Origin: an uncultured Verrucomicrobiae bacterium
GTDB taxonomy: Bacteria; Verrucomicrobiota; Verrucomicrobiia; Limisphaerales; Palsa-1400
NCBI GenBank assembly: GCA_963764165.1
Contig: CAVXRD010000002.1
Span: 416,001-480,000 of the forward strand
Direction: 5' to 3'
DNA: 64,000 nt
The notes beneath the pieces were generated by a model. That model did no database searches. It saw only the letters and a list, made by a program, of their open reading frames with translations, and was not told the origin of the DNA. Shown one piece after another: positions 8,632-18,397 of this stretch (the first letter of the stretch is position 1; each line of letters opens with the position of its first letter). The position numbers were made by a program, and so were the translations under genes.

Positions 8632-10158
8632 TCATTGCGGGACGGTGTTGTAGAAGCGGGCGGGGTAATTGGGAGCGTTGGTGTCGGTGAATTGCATCAG
8701 GCCGTTGGTGTCGGCGGTGGCGGCGCCTATGCCAAACCAGTTGATCAGGTTGGGGCTGGCTTCGATGGTGAAGATTTCGCCGGGAGAGCCTTGAGTCTGG
8801 AGCAGCATCGAGCCGTTCGATGTCTTTTGCAATTTGACCGGCGAATATTTGATGAGGACAAATTCGGTTCCGCCAGCCCCGGTGTCTTCATAGCCAGCGA
8901 CGTAGACATTTCCCGCGTTATCCACTTCGATGGCGTTGCCGACGGCATTGCCGCCGCTGGGGGCGGCGTAGGTTTGCAGCCAAAGCTGGTTGCCATTCGG
9001 GCCGTAGGCGATGGTGACGATGCCGGTGGTGGAACCTGTGCATGACCATCCCGTCACATACGAATTCCCAAACGAATCGATGGCAATGGCGGTCGCCACG
9101 CTTCGCACATTTTGAGATGCCACGGCCGGATAGAGGTTTGTCCACGCCCAATCCGCATTGGTATCGGCTTTGTAGGTTCCGAATAGAGTGGTCGCATAGG
9201 AGTAATTGGGAGCAAAATAACACGACGTTCCGGTTACTATGGCATTGCCTTGTCGATCCAACCCCAGCGCATAAGGCCCCAGGTCAGTACAGTCAACAGG
9301 ACTGTCATCACTCCAAAGCACATCTCCCACAACACCGAACTTTACCGTAAAAGGAGGAAGCTCGAAGACATTTGCTTCAGCCCAAATGTTCCCGAATACG
9401 TCGATGGCAAGGGTGGTTATTGTAAAAAGAGCGCCATCTAATTGGTAGAAGCCCGTCCACGTTTGACTCCCGTTAGCGGCATATTTCACCAAAAGCAGTC
9501 TATATTCTTGGAAGTCATACGGATAGTTGCCGGCCACATAGGTGTTGCCGGCGCTGTCCACGGTAACCGCTTCGGCATATCCTGGACCCCAGTAGGATGA
9601 CCCGGGATACGTGTTCATCCACACATTGCTCCCCATCGAATTGAGTTTTACCGTCGCGTTGGATGACGCAAATCCGGTGATTGCGACATTTCCGTTTGTA
9701 TCGACCGCCATTGATGCACCGTCGTAGGGCGCAGTCCAAAGCTCATTTCCGTTGGAGTCGTATTTGGCGGTGAGCGCACTACCGGTAATGATCACGTTGT
9801 TGCTGTTATCGAGAGCCAGGGCTGCCGGTTCGGCCAATGGAAAATTCGTGGAATCATAACGGGCCACCCAAATTTGGATTCCGTTCGGAGCGTATTTGAC
9901 GGTCGCGTAGCCAAGGTTAGTCTTGGCGTTCTGTGAAAACCCAGTCACCAGAATATTTGAACTGGAATCCATCGCCATTTTGAGCGCCTGATTTGTTCCC
10001 GCAGGGAAGCCGTTGTCGTATCGAGCGATCCATGCTTGTTGAATCTGAGCGCCAGCCAACAGTGGAAATAGCATTACGTAGAGAAATAAAGATGGTGCTC
10101 TGAAGCATGACATTTTAGCCATTCCAAACGCGTTGAGTTTTTGCAAGATGCGTTTCAT
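8632..10158 (-). CDS. Secreted SBBP-type beta-propeller repeat protein with C-terminal tail domain
   Basis: Signal peptide ending AGA/QIQQ; repeats AxAxDxxGNxYVxG...KYxxNGxxxW; tail EASPNLINW...ARFY. True start may be a later Met. Confidence 0.8.
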   Translation of the reverse strand: MKRILQKLNAFGMAKMSCFRAPSLFLYVMLFPLLAGAQIQQAWIARYDNGFPAGTNQALKMAMDSSSNILVTGFSQNAKTNLGYATVKYAPNGIQIWVARYDSTNFPLAEPAALALDNSNNVIITGSALTAKYDSNGNELWTAPYDGASMAVDTNGNVAITGFASSNATVKLNSMGSNVWMNTYPGSSYWGPGYAEAVTVDSAGNTYVAGNYPYDFQEYRLLLVKYAANGSQTWTGFYQLDGALFTITTLAIDVFGNIWAEANVFELPPFTVKFGVVGDVLWSDDSPVDCTDLGPYALGLDRQGNAIVTGTSCYFAPNYSYATTLFGTYKADTNADWAWTNLYPAVASQNVRSVATAIAIDSFGNSYVTGWSCTGSTTGIVTIAYGPNGNQLWLQTYAAPSGGNAVGNAIEVDNAGNVYVAGYEDTGAGGTEFVLIKYSPVKLQKTSNGSMLLQTQGSPGEIFTIEASPNLINWFGIGAATADTNGLMQFTDTNAPNYPARFYNTVPQ

Positions 10159-10339
10159 AAGGTTATTGGGATAAATGAATCGAGCTGGAAAGTGGATCGA
10201 GAAACAAGGAATTTGAATGCAAATTAATATCGTTGCAAGTGTTCGAGCCAGGAAACCAGCCGAAGCTGTTGTCAGTCCGCAATTGGATATGAAAGGTGAC
10301 TCCAGCCCCCCAAGGCGTTGCCGAAAATTTGGGCGGCAT

Positions 10340-10501
10340 TCAGGTCGGAGATGATGATGTTATTCCCGCCGAATCCAGGGCCATTTTTACGGCGGCATTG
10401 GTTCCATTGGAAATGCCGTTGTTATAGTGGGCAACCAAAGCCTGCTGGATTTGAGCGTGGGCGGGGAGAACAATGAGGAGGGTCAACAACACGCCGATCA
10501 T
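10340..10501 (-). pseudogene. Truncated 5' fragment of a paralog of the adjacent beta-propeller gene
   Basis: AHAQIQQALVAHYNNGISNGTNAAVKMALDSAG matches AGAQIQQAWIARYDNGFPAGTNQALKMAMDSSS of 8632-10158, then similarity ends. Confidence 0.7.
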
Positions 10502-10537
10502 AACCGGACGCCTTGGTCCGCCTTTGCATGGCTTCTG

Positions 10538-10600
10538 CTCGACAAGCGAGGCGTCCCTACCTTCAAGAGAAGTCACGGCTCGACAGAGTCTCGCCCTACC
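10538..10600. repeat. Two tandem GTAG-family REPs
   Basis: GCTCGACAAGCGAGGCGTCCCTACC and GGCTCGACAGAGTCTCGCCCTACC, both ending in CCCTACC as at 5661-5667. Confidence 0.65.
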
Positions 10601-10887
10601 AGTATGGAATAAATTTTTCGTAGAATGAGTTTCCAATGTGGGCGGAGGATGAAATGGGGTTTAAGAAAGGGGGCGCTTGCGCCGGCCAGTGACGCAGAGG
10701 GTGCATTCTGAGAGCGGGATTGCGAAGCTTCGCAAGTTCATGGAGTTGCTTTCAACAAAAGCCGCCAAAGCCCAAAAAACACGGAATGGATGCTTGTAGG
10801 GATCGCGTAAGCTTGGCTGGCACAGGATTGGACAATAGAAATATTCCAAGTCCAGGTCAAGTGGGTTTTGTGAAGGGGTATAATCAA

Positions 10888-11150
10888 GGGCGCATCTCAC
10901 TTTTTGGCAATCCCTTGCCGACGAAACGCGGATTCCCTCGCCCTGCGAAGCGGGGAGAGGGTTAGGGAGAGGGGCGGTTAGGAAGCGACTGAAATCCATC
11001 GGCCTCAATGCGCATCGCCTCGCCTAGCTTTAATGAGTTGCCCCTCTCTCCTTCTCTCTCCCCGCCAAGCGTGGCGGGGAGAGAGCGATCACTTGTCGCT
11101 CTGCGGAGCTTTTTGCAGAAGTCCGCCCTCACTAAAACTGAGATGCGCCC
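10888..11150. mobile_element. 263-bp MITE with 17-bp TIRs and 9-bp target duplication
   Basis: GGGCGCATCTCACTTTT...AAAACTGAGATGCGCCC flanked by TATAATCAA at 10879-10887 and 11151-11159; interior holds two CCCTC/GGAGAG palindromes. Confidence 0.85.
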
Positions 11151-11199
11151 TATAATCAAAGGCCGTGATTAGAAGTGGGTGAGGTTCGGAGATCGTTAG

Positions 11200-11289
11200 G
11201 CGCGGCTGTGTCGAAAACCAGCCGCAGCACCTTGTCACCAGTCGCGTCTTTTCGGTTTCGCGCGCTGCGGCTGGCCTGCGACAAAGCCG
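11200..11289. repeat. REP doublet (GGAG-type), degenerate copy of 29282-29382
   Basis: GCGCGGCTGTGTCGAAAACCAGCCGCAGC...GCTGCGGCTGGCCTGCGACAAAGCCG. Confidence 0.7.
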
Positions 11290-11944
11290 TATCGAAATAC
11301 CACTACATCGTGTAATTGCAGTCTTAATTGACGGAAGGGCCTGCCGGCCTTATGTTTCTTCCTGCCGCCGCCTGGGCGCGTTCTTTGATATGTTGCGGAT
11401 TTCACAGCCCGGGAACAGTTGTTCTGACCGGGGCGGAGGCATCCTCGTCTGGGTGCGCGTGAAAATGCTTTGGGCGTTGTGCGTGAATAACACGGCCGGG
11501 CGAGGCTGCCAATAAACCTGTGCAATGGGCGGATCCCGGCAGGGATGCGAGCTTGTAGCCGTTGGTTGAGCGGAGCGCTACCACCGGCTGCAAGCTGGGA
11601 TGCCTCTGGCGTCTCTCGCCGCCGCGCATTTGACTCTTTAAACAGTTCATTGGCTCTTCTCACCGATTCGTTATTTGAGGGCTCCTGCGGAGCCATGCCT
11701 TTCGCATGCCTTGCGCCCGTTACCGCCGGAGATCACTCAGACCTCAAAACGGAGCGGCCAAATCGCTGTCGGGGCGTTGCAGGCTATTGCACCCTATTGC
11801 ACCCTTGGCTTTTGCGACCAAAAACGCGTCGGCCCCAGCCCCGTTATCGGGCTTATGCGCGGACGGTCGCGATTCCGAAAACAACGCCGTGCGCGGCGGA
11901 ATTCCTCGTGTCCTTTGTTTCCTGGGTGTGGAGAATCCCCCTGT

Positions 11945-12045
11945 GTTCCGAAAATGTTACCGATGTGTTACCATTTTGTTACCGTGTAAATTGCTTACTA
12001 TCAACGATGTAACCGATGTTACCGATTTTTCGAGATTATATAATG
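11945..12045 (-). repeat. Copy 2 of the GGTAACA-repeat element
   Basis: Reverse complement: TATATAATCTCGAAAAATCGGTAACATCGGTTACATCGTTGATAGTAAGCAATTTACACGGTAACAAAATGGTAACACATCGGTAACATTTTCGG. Confidence 0.75.
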
Positions 12046-12268
12046 ATTCGCATCTAAAGGGCGTTCGGCGACCGACCCGGCCCTGAAATGGAACGCGGAG
12101 GGAAACCGAGGACGCAGGGAAAAGCAGGCGTTTTTCTCCAAAAGGCATCTTTTCTCCTCTGCGGCCTCGGCCGTAGTCCTGTTCAACCTTTTCATTTCCC
12201 GGCCACGAGCGGGGCCGAATTTCATGTTTGCGCTTTCCCGGGTGAGGGGCAAGTTTAGGCACATTGTT

Positions 12269-12835
12269 ATGGAGAATATCCAGCCATCAGAGCCATCGTT
12301 CCTGGCGCGCCTGAGCACGGCGGTGTCGTGCTTTACCCGTGCGCTGGCCAGCCCCGACTTTTGCCGGAAAGTCAGCGCACTGTTGCGCCCTTCAGAGGCT
12401 CGAGTGAGTCAAACCGCTCCGAGCGCGCCGATGGCCCCCATTGCGCCGAAGCCGCGCGTCGATTCATCGGGACTCGTCGTCCTTTCGATGCTTCAGCGAG
12501 AGGGTCGGCTGATCGATTTTCTGAAGGAGGACATGGCGGGTTATTCGGATGCGGATATTGGCGCGGCCGCGCGGGTCGTCCATGCCGGGTGCCGCAAAAT
12601 TTGCTCGGACTATCTGACGATCGAGCCGGTGTTCAAGGAGCCTGAGGGAGCGGCGATCAGCGTGCCGGCCGGGTTCGATGCGCACCGCATTCGGCTCAGC
12701 GGCAACATCGCCGGGCAGCCCCCGTTTCGCGGCACGCTCAAGCACCATGGCTGGGTGGCGACGGACGTGCGGCTTCCCGCCGTTTCTGAAACGCTTGATC
12801 CGCGCGTGCTGGCGGCGGCGGAAATCGAGCTTTAA
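12269..12835 (+). CDS. DUF2760 domain protein
   Basis: LQREGRLIDFLKED...DADIGAAARVVH...IRLSGNIAGQPPFRG.L.HHGW...AAEIEL; start set at ATG 12269. Confidence 0.85.
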   Translation: MENIQPSEPSFLARLSTAVSCFTRALASPDFCRKVSALLRPSEARVSQTAPSAPMAPIAPKPRVDSSGLVVLSMLQREGRLIDFLKEDMAGYSDADIGAAARVVHAGCRKICSDYLTIEPVFKEPEGAAISVPAGFDAHRIRLSGNIAGQPPFRGTLKHHGWVATDVRLPAVSETLDPRVLAAAEIEL

Positions 12836-12883
12836 CCTTGCAGCCTCAATTGATTTTACTGTCAGCGAATTTGGAATTGTCTT

Positions 12884-14722
12884 ATGTCCACTTATTCCAT
12901 CGGCATCGACCTCGGCACCACCAACAGCGCGGTCTCCTATTTCAAACTGGCGGAAGCCGCGGCGCGGGGGCGCGAACAAACCATGCTCGCGATTCCGCAG
13001 GTCACAAGCGTCGGCACGGTTGAAGAGAAGCTATTGCTGCCTTCCTTCCTTTACCTGCCGAACGCCCAGGAATTTCCCGCCGGAAGCCTCGGATTGCCCT
13101 GGGACAAGAAGAGCAAGGACGCTGTGGTGGGCGAATTTGCCAGGTCGCACGGCAGCAAAGTTCCGATGCGGCTGGTCTCCTCCGCGAAAAGCTGGCTCTG
13201 CCATCCGGGCGTGGATCGGCAAAGCCCAATCCTTCCGTGGCAGGCGCCGGAGGATGTCCAGCGTATTTCGCCATTGGACGCCACGGCGCGTTACTTGGGC
13301 CATTTGCGCGAGGCTTGGGATCACCAATTCAAAAATGACACGCTGGGAGAGCAAGAGGTTGTCCTCACCGTCCCCGCCTCCTTCGACGCCGCAGCGCGCG
13401 AACTGACACTCAAAGCGGCGCAACAAGCCGGCCTGCCGAATGTCACTTTGCTCGAAGAGCCGCAGGCGGCGTTCTATGCGTGGCTTGAGCAGATGGGCGA
13501 AGGTTTCCGCAAGGCTGTCAAGCCGGGTGACGTGATTCTTGTTGTTGACGTGGGCGGCGGCACCACCGATTTCTCGCTCATCGCGGTGACGGCCAAAGAC
13601 GGAGAAGTGGCGCTGACGCGGGTGGCTGTGGGCGATCATATTTTGCTGGGCGGCGACAACATGGATTTGGCGCTGGCTCACACCGTCAATCAGCGCCTTG
13701 CGGCGGACGGCAAGAAGCTGGACGCATGGCAATTCAACGCACTCACGTTCGCCTGCCGCAATGCTAAAGAGTCGATGTTTGCGGACGAGAAACTCAAGAA
13801 GGCGCCACTTGCAATTCCGGGTCGAGGCTCGTCTCTGGTCGGTGGGACGATCAAGGCGGAGTTGAGCCGCGATGAATTGAACCGCGTGCTTACCGACGGA
13901 TTTTTTCCAAAAACAGCCGTCACCGATGTCCCGCAAATGGCGCGTCGCAGCGGCCTGGCGCAGATGGCGCTGCCTTACGCCCAGGACGCCGCTGTCACGC
14001 GGCATCTCGCCGCCTTCTTGACTCGCCAGGCCCGCGCCATGGCTGCCGATCTGGACGCACCGGTCAAGGTAGAGGGAAAAACATTCGTGCATCCGACCGC
14101 GGTATTGTTCAACGGCGGCGTGTTCAAGGCCAGCGTGCTTGCGAATCGGGTGATCGATGTCCTTAACAACTGGCTTGCGACAGACAGCGGCCAACCCGCC
14201 AAGGCGCTGGAAGGCGCCGAGCTTGATTTGGCTGTCGCTCGCGGTGCGGCTTATTACGGGTGGGCGCGCCACGGTCACGGGGCGCGGATTCGCGGTGGCA
14301 CGGCCCACGCCTATTACGTCGGCGTCGAGACGGTGACGCTTGCGGTGCCGGGGATGGAGCCGCCGGTCAAGGCCCTTTGCGTCGCTCCTTTCGGCATGGA
14401 GGAAGGCACCCAGGCCGACATCCCTCCACAGGAGTTTGGACTTGTTGTTGGGGAGCACACGCGCTTCCGCTTCTTTTCCAGTTCGCTTCGCCGCAACGAT
14501 CACGTCGGCGCGATGATCGAGGAAGTTGCCGGCAACGACGAATTGGAAGAGGTGGCGCCAATTGAAACCACTCTCCCGGCTCAGGAAGGCAAGGAAGGCC
14601 AGCTCATCCCGGTCAATCTGCAGGCAGTCCTGACAGACATCGGAACGCTCGAACTGCGTTGCATCGAGAAAGGCGGCTCGGGCCAATGGAAACTTGAATT
14701 GAACGTGCGAATGAAGGAGTAG
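12884..14722 (+). CDS. Atypical Hsp70-family (DnaK-related) protein
   Basis: GIDLGTTN, TVPASFD, EEPQAA, DVGGGTTD, LGGDNMD, AVARGAA; C-terminus differs from the DnaK substrate-binding domain. Confidence 0.9.
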   Translation: MSTYSIGIDLGTTNSAVSYFKLAEAAARGREQTMLAIPQVTSVGTVEEKLLLPSFLYLPNAQEFPAGSLGLPWDKKSKDAVVGEFARSHGSKVPMRLVSSAKSWLCHPGVDRQSPILPWQAPEDVQRISPLDATARYLGHLREAWDHQFKNDTLGEQEVVLTVPASFDAAARELTLKAAQQAGLPNVTLLEEPQAAFYAWLEQMGEGFRKAVKPGDVILVVDVGGGTTDFSLIAVTAKDGEVALTRVAVGDHILLGGDNMDLALAHTVNQRLAADGKKLDAWQFNALTFACRNAKESMFADEKLKKAPLAIPGRGSSLVGGTIKAELSRDELNRVLTDGFFPKTAVTDVPQMARRSGLAQMALPYAQDAAVTRHLAAFLTRQARAMAADLDAPVKVEGKTFVHPTAVLFNGGVFKASVLANRVIDVLNNWLATDSGQPAKALEGAELDLAVARGAAYYGWARHGHGARIRGGTAHAYYVGVETVTLAVPGMEPPVKALCVAPFGMEEGTQADIPPQEFGLVVGEHTRFRFFSSSLRRNDHVGAMIEEVAGNDELEEVAPIETTLPAQEGKEGQLIPVNLQAVLTDIGTLELRCIEKGGSGQWKLELNVRMKE

Positions 14723-14783
14723 AACTCGAGCCGGCATCGCGGCTCGAATCGGCTCGGCCGCTCTCGTCTTCCACCCATTTCCA

Positions 14784-17573
14784 ATGCCTTCATCCTCTTA
14801 CATTATTGGCATTGATCTCGGCACTACGAATTGCGCCGTTGCTTTCGTGGACCCGGCCCAAGGCGCCGATGCTTCTATTGTTGACTTTCCAATACCGCAG
14901 TTGCAACGGCCCGGCGAGGTGGCGGCGCTGCCGTTGCTGCCGTCGTGTCTTTACGTCGCGGGCGAACATGAATTGCCAACCGGCTCGACTCAATTGCCGT
15001 GGGGCCCATCGCCCGGGCTGATCGCAGGCGCATTCGCGCGCTGGCAAGGGGCGCGCGTGCCGGGGCGTTTGGTTGCTTCGGCAAAAAGCTGGCTGTGCCA
15101 CACTGGCGTGGATCGCTCCGCGCCCATTCTGCCTTGGGGCGCGCCCGGCGACGTCAATAAGATTTCTCCGGTGGATGCGTCGGCGCAATTTCTTTCCCAC
15201 ATCGCCGCCGCCTGGAATTCCGCCCATCCCAATGAGCCGATTGCCCAGCAGGAAGTTGTGATTACGGTGCCGGCCTCTTTCGATGAAGTCGCTCGCGCCT
15301 TGACCGTCAGTGCGGCGCGCCAAGCTGGATTGGAAAACTTTGCGCTCGTGGAGGAGCCGCAAGCCGCCTTTTATGATTTTACCGCGCACCATCGCCGGAA
15401 CTTGGCGGAGGTCCTGAAAGATGCGCGCCTTGTGCTGGTGGTGGATGTCGGTGGGGGCACGACGGATTTCACCTTGGTTGAGGCTGGCGTTGGCTCCAAT
15501 GGTCCGGCATTGAAGCGCATCGCCGTCGGCGATCATCTCATGCTCGGCGGCGACAACATGGATGCCGCGCTGGCCCGGCTTGCGGAAGGACGGTTGTTGA
15601 CAGGAAACCGCAAACTCAGCGCAGCGCAATGGACTCAGCTTGTGCAGGCCGCCCGCGCCGCCAAGGAAGCGCTTCTCGGCCACGACTCTCCCGCCAAACA
15701 CGGAATCTCCGTGGCAGCGGAGGGAAGCAGGCTGATGCAAGGCACTCTCTCGACTGAAATTCAGCGCGAGGAAGCCGAGCAATTGATTCTTGACGGATTT
15801 CTCCCGCGTGGCGCTTCCAATGAAAACACACGCCGAGGCGCGCGGACCGCGTTGCAAGAAATGGGGCTTCCTTACGAGCAAGACCCGGCCATCACGCGCC
15901 ATCTGGCGGCGTTTTTGCGCCGCCACGCGCAAGCCTGTTTCGCCGCACTGCAAGACACCCGAGTGGGAGAACATTCGATGCCGCGACCCGACGCCATCCT
16001 CTTCAACGGCGGGGTTTTTAATTCGCCAAAGATATCCGAGAGATTGCTGGAAGTGGTTTCGTCGTGGTGGGCCGATGCGCCGCCGATTCGTTTGCTGCCC
16101 TGCCACTCGCTCGAATCCGCCGTGGCCCGCGGCGCGGCCTGCCATGGGCTGGCCAAACGCGGATTGGGACGCCGCATCAGCGGTGGATCGCCGCGCGCAC
16201 TTTACGTCGGTCTAGGCTCGGAGAAAGACACTGCCGCCGCGCGCGCCATCTGCCTCATTCCTCGCGGGCACGAAGAAGGCCAGTCGGTCGATCTCAAGAG
16301 CCGCCAGTTTGAGCTGACGCTCGGACGGCCGGTGAGATTTCCATTGTTTTCAACAACGGCGGATCGCGTCGATTTGCCGGGTGATCTAGTGCAAATTGGT
16401 GATGAGTTCATCGCGCTGCCCTCGATCCACACTCTTTTTAAAGGCACGCGCCCCAAAAGCGCCAGCGTGCCAATTCACTTGCGCGCCACTCTAACGGAAC
16501 TCGGCACACTGGAATTGTGGTGCGTCGCCAATGACAGCAACGAGCGCTGGAGGCTGGAGTTCGAATTGCGCGGCGAAGCGGCGGATGCCACTGCAACGGC
16601 AACCGAGCCAACGCCAGCCGGGTTCAGAGAAGCTCGCGAAGTTGTTGACAGAGTGTTTGGCCCCAAGACAGCCTCCGCTGATCCCAAGGAAGTGAAGCAG
16701 CTCGTTCGCGCCTTGGAAAAAACGATCGGGCCGCGCGATACTTGGCGCCTCCCGTTGTTGCGGGAACTGTGGAGCACCATGCGGGCGGGCGCAAATCGAC
16801 GCAAACGGTCCGCTGATCACGAGCGGATTTTTTTCCAACTGGCGGGTTATAGTCTGCGACCGGGATTAGGATATCCGCTGGACGAGTGGCGTTGCGAACA
16901 AACATTCCTTCTTTTTAGCGAGAGTGTCTCGTTTCATGCCGAGCAACCGAATTGGAGCGAGTTTTGGGTGATGTGGCGCCGGCTCGCTGGTGGATTGGCC
17001 GAGGCTCGGCAAAAAACCATCTGGAACTATCTCAAGCCTCATCTCGCTGCCCGCGTTCCGCTCAATCCAGTTAAAGAAATCGCCAAGCCAAAAGGCGTTC
17101 GACCTCAGGGCCTCGACGAAATGGTGCGGGTGGCGGCGTCACTGGAACACCTTAATCCCCCAGACAAAGTCCTACTCGGCAATTGGATTACGGAAAGGCT
17201 GCGTAGCCCCGCCACCGCAGCCGGTCCTTGGATTTGGGCCTTGGGCCGGCTTGGGGCGCGTGTTCCCCTCTATGGAAGCATTCACAAAACTGTCGCCCCC
17301 GACCAGGCCGCCCAGTGGCTGTCGCTTTTGCTAGCCCCAGATCTGTGGCACATGAACGGCGCCCCCTTCGCCGCCGCGCAACTCGCGCGATTGACCGGCG
17401 ACCGAACCCGCGACTTGGACGACGACCTGCGCTCACGCACGGCGGCAGCGCTCAAGTCCGCTGAAGCCCCCGAAGCTTGGTGGCGAATGGTGAGTGAAGT
17501 CACCGTCCTGGAAACCGCCGATGAAGCACGAGCGATTGGCGACAGCCTGCCAATCGGCTTGCGGCTCCGCTGA
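14784..17573 (+). CDS. Atypical Hsp70-family protein with C-terminal DUF3731-like helical extension
   Basis: Same Hsp70 ATPase motifs plus ~300 aa extension (AGYSLRPGLGYPLDEWR, WALGRLGARVPLYGS, GDSLPIGLRL). Confidence 0.88.
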   Translation: MPSSSYIIGIDLGTTNCAVAFVDPAQGADASIVDFPIPQLQRPGEVAALPLLPSCLYVAGEHELPTGSTQLPWGPSPGLIAGAFARWQGARVPGRLVASAKSWLCHTGVDRSAPILPWGAPGDVNKISPVDASAQFLSHIAAAWNSAHPNEPIAQQEVVITVPASFDEVARALTVSAARQAGLENFALVEEPQAAFYDFTAHHRRNLAEVLKDARLVLVVDVGGGTTDFTLVEAGVGSNGPALKRIAVGDHLMLGGDNMDAALARLAEGRLLTGNRKLSAAQWTQLVQAARAAKEALLGHDSPAKHGISVAAEGSRLMQGTLSTEIQREEAEQLILDGFLPRGASNENTRRGARTALQEMGLPYEQDPAITRHLAAFLRRHAQACFAALQDTRVGEHSMPRPDAILFNGGVFNSPKISERLLEVVSSWWADAPPIRLLPCHSLESAVARGAACHGLAKRGLGRRISGGSPRALYVGLGSEKDTAAARAICLIPRGHEEGQSVDLKSRQFELTLGRPVRFPLFSTTADRVDLPGDLVQIGDEFIALPSIHTLFKGTRPKSASVPIHLRATLTELGTLELWCVANDSNERWRLEFELRGEAADATATATEPTPAGFREAREVVDRVFGPKTASADPKEVKQLVRALEKTIGPRDTWRLPLLRELWSTMRAGANRRKRSADHERIFFQLAGYSLRPGLGYPLDEWRCEQTFLLFSESVSFHAEQPNWSEFWVMWRRLAGGLAEARQKTIWNYLKPHLAARVPLNPVKEIAKPKGVRPQGLDEMVRVAASLEHLNPPDKVLLGNWITERLRSPATAAGPWIWALGRLGARVPLYGSIHKTVAPDQAAQWLSLLLAPDLWHMNGAPFAAAQLARLTGDRTRDLDDDLRSRTAAALKSAEAPEAWWRMVSEVTVLETADEARAIGDSLPIGLRLR

Positions 17574-17654
17574 TGTGCGCAGACTTTTCTTCGAGCAGCC
17601 GTTGCTGGGACGCCTGCTTGGCGACAGCAAGCGTGGCATATGCCTGAGCAATGC

Positions 17655-17750
17655 GTTTAATATATATAATCTCCAAAAATCGGTAACATTGGTAACATCG
17701 TTGATTATCAACCACTTAATAGGTAACAAATGATTCCGCAACGTTTTCGG
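17655..17750 (+). repeat. Copy 3 of the GGTAACA-repeat element
   Basis: TATATAATCTCCAAAAATCGGTAACATTGGTAACATCGTTGATTATCAACCACTTAATAGGTAACAAAT. Confidence 0.75.
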
Positions 17751-17880
17751 TGGAATAGAATCCGGGCACTCGGCCACGAATTAAAACGAGCGTTGCAATC
17801 ACGATGTGGCCTAGTTGATCGCAATTCAATTCGTAAGCCCCGGCGACAGCGTTACTTAAATCTACAGCCTTCTGAAGTGC

Positions 17881-18300
17881 TTGGTCAGTTGGACCGCCTT
17901 TGCCGATGGCCTTGCCCAAACCGTTGATGCTGCCCACCACATCCGCCCCTTGTTGCAAGGAGGTTACGACGCCCTCCTCACCAGGACCCGCTCGCCATGG
18001 GTGGTGGAGAGGCCCGGGGCGCGTTTGCGGATTCGCTTTCTGCAGGATTCGGAGGGCAACGTAACACTGTTGCTTTCGGAGGAGCGGCAACTGAATGACA
18101 ATTTGGCCGCCCAGTTTGGTTTGACGCCGAGAGAGAGGGAAGTGTTGGCTTGGATCGGCGAAGGAAAATCGAATCCGGAAATCGGCCGGATACTGGGCAT
18201 CAGTTTCCGAACCGTGGAAAAGCACGTCGAACGGCTTTTGGCGAAAATGAATGTCGAATCGCGCCAGGCCGCGATGTTGATGTTTCTTGGCGCCAGGTAG
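17881..18300 (+). CDS. LuxR-type HTH regulator, probably N-terminally truncated
   Basis: GLTPREREVLAWIGEGKSNPEIGRILGISFRTVEKHV; TTG start, no receiver domain. Confidence 0.7.
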   Translation: MVSWTAFADGLAQTVDAAHHIRPLLQGGYDALLTRTRSPWVVERPGARLRIRFLQDSEGNVTLLLSEERQLNDNLAAQFGLTPREREVLAWIGEGKSNPEIGRILGISFRTVEKHVERLLAKMNVESRQAAMLMFLGAR

Positions 18301-18397
18301 ACCAACTGTAAATCGCGGCTGAGGTTGCTTTCAGAGGCTACGGAGCGGGACACTTGTGTGGCCCGCTCCTTGCGCTGCTCTTAAGCTGGTCGCTCGC

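Noticed and set aside
10313..10335. Fourth att-like core (GGCGTTGCCGAAAATTTGGGC)
   Set aside because: Lacks TGGAGCC and the conserved flank; similarity is compatible with chance.
11235..12086. 100-155 aa ORFs in the intergenic zone
   Set aside because: They run through REP and GGTAACA repeats, overlap on both strands and have no domain signal.
12884..14722. Canonical dnaK
   Set aside because: No DnaK substrate-binding domain or dnaJ/grpE context, so the symbol was not assigned.
2015..16145. Long antisense ORFs (2015-3073, 4234-5577, 13031-14737, 14790-16145 and many within the large genes)
   Set aside because: Shadows of well-supported opposite-strand genes in high-GC DNA, with no recognisable motifs.
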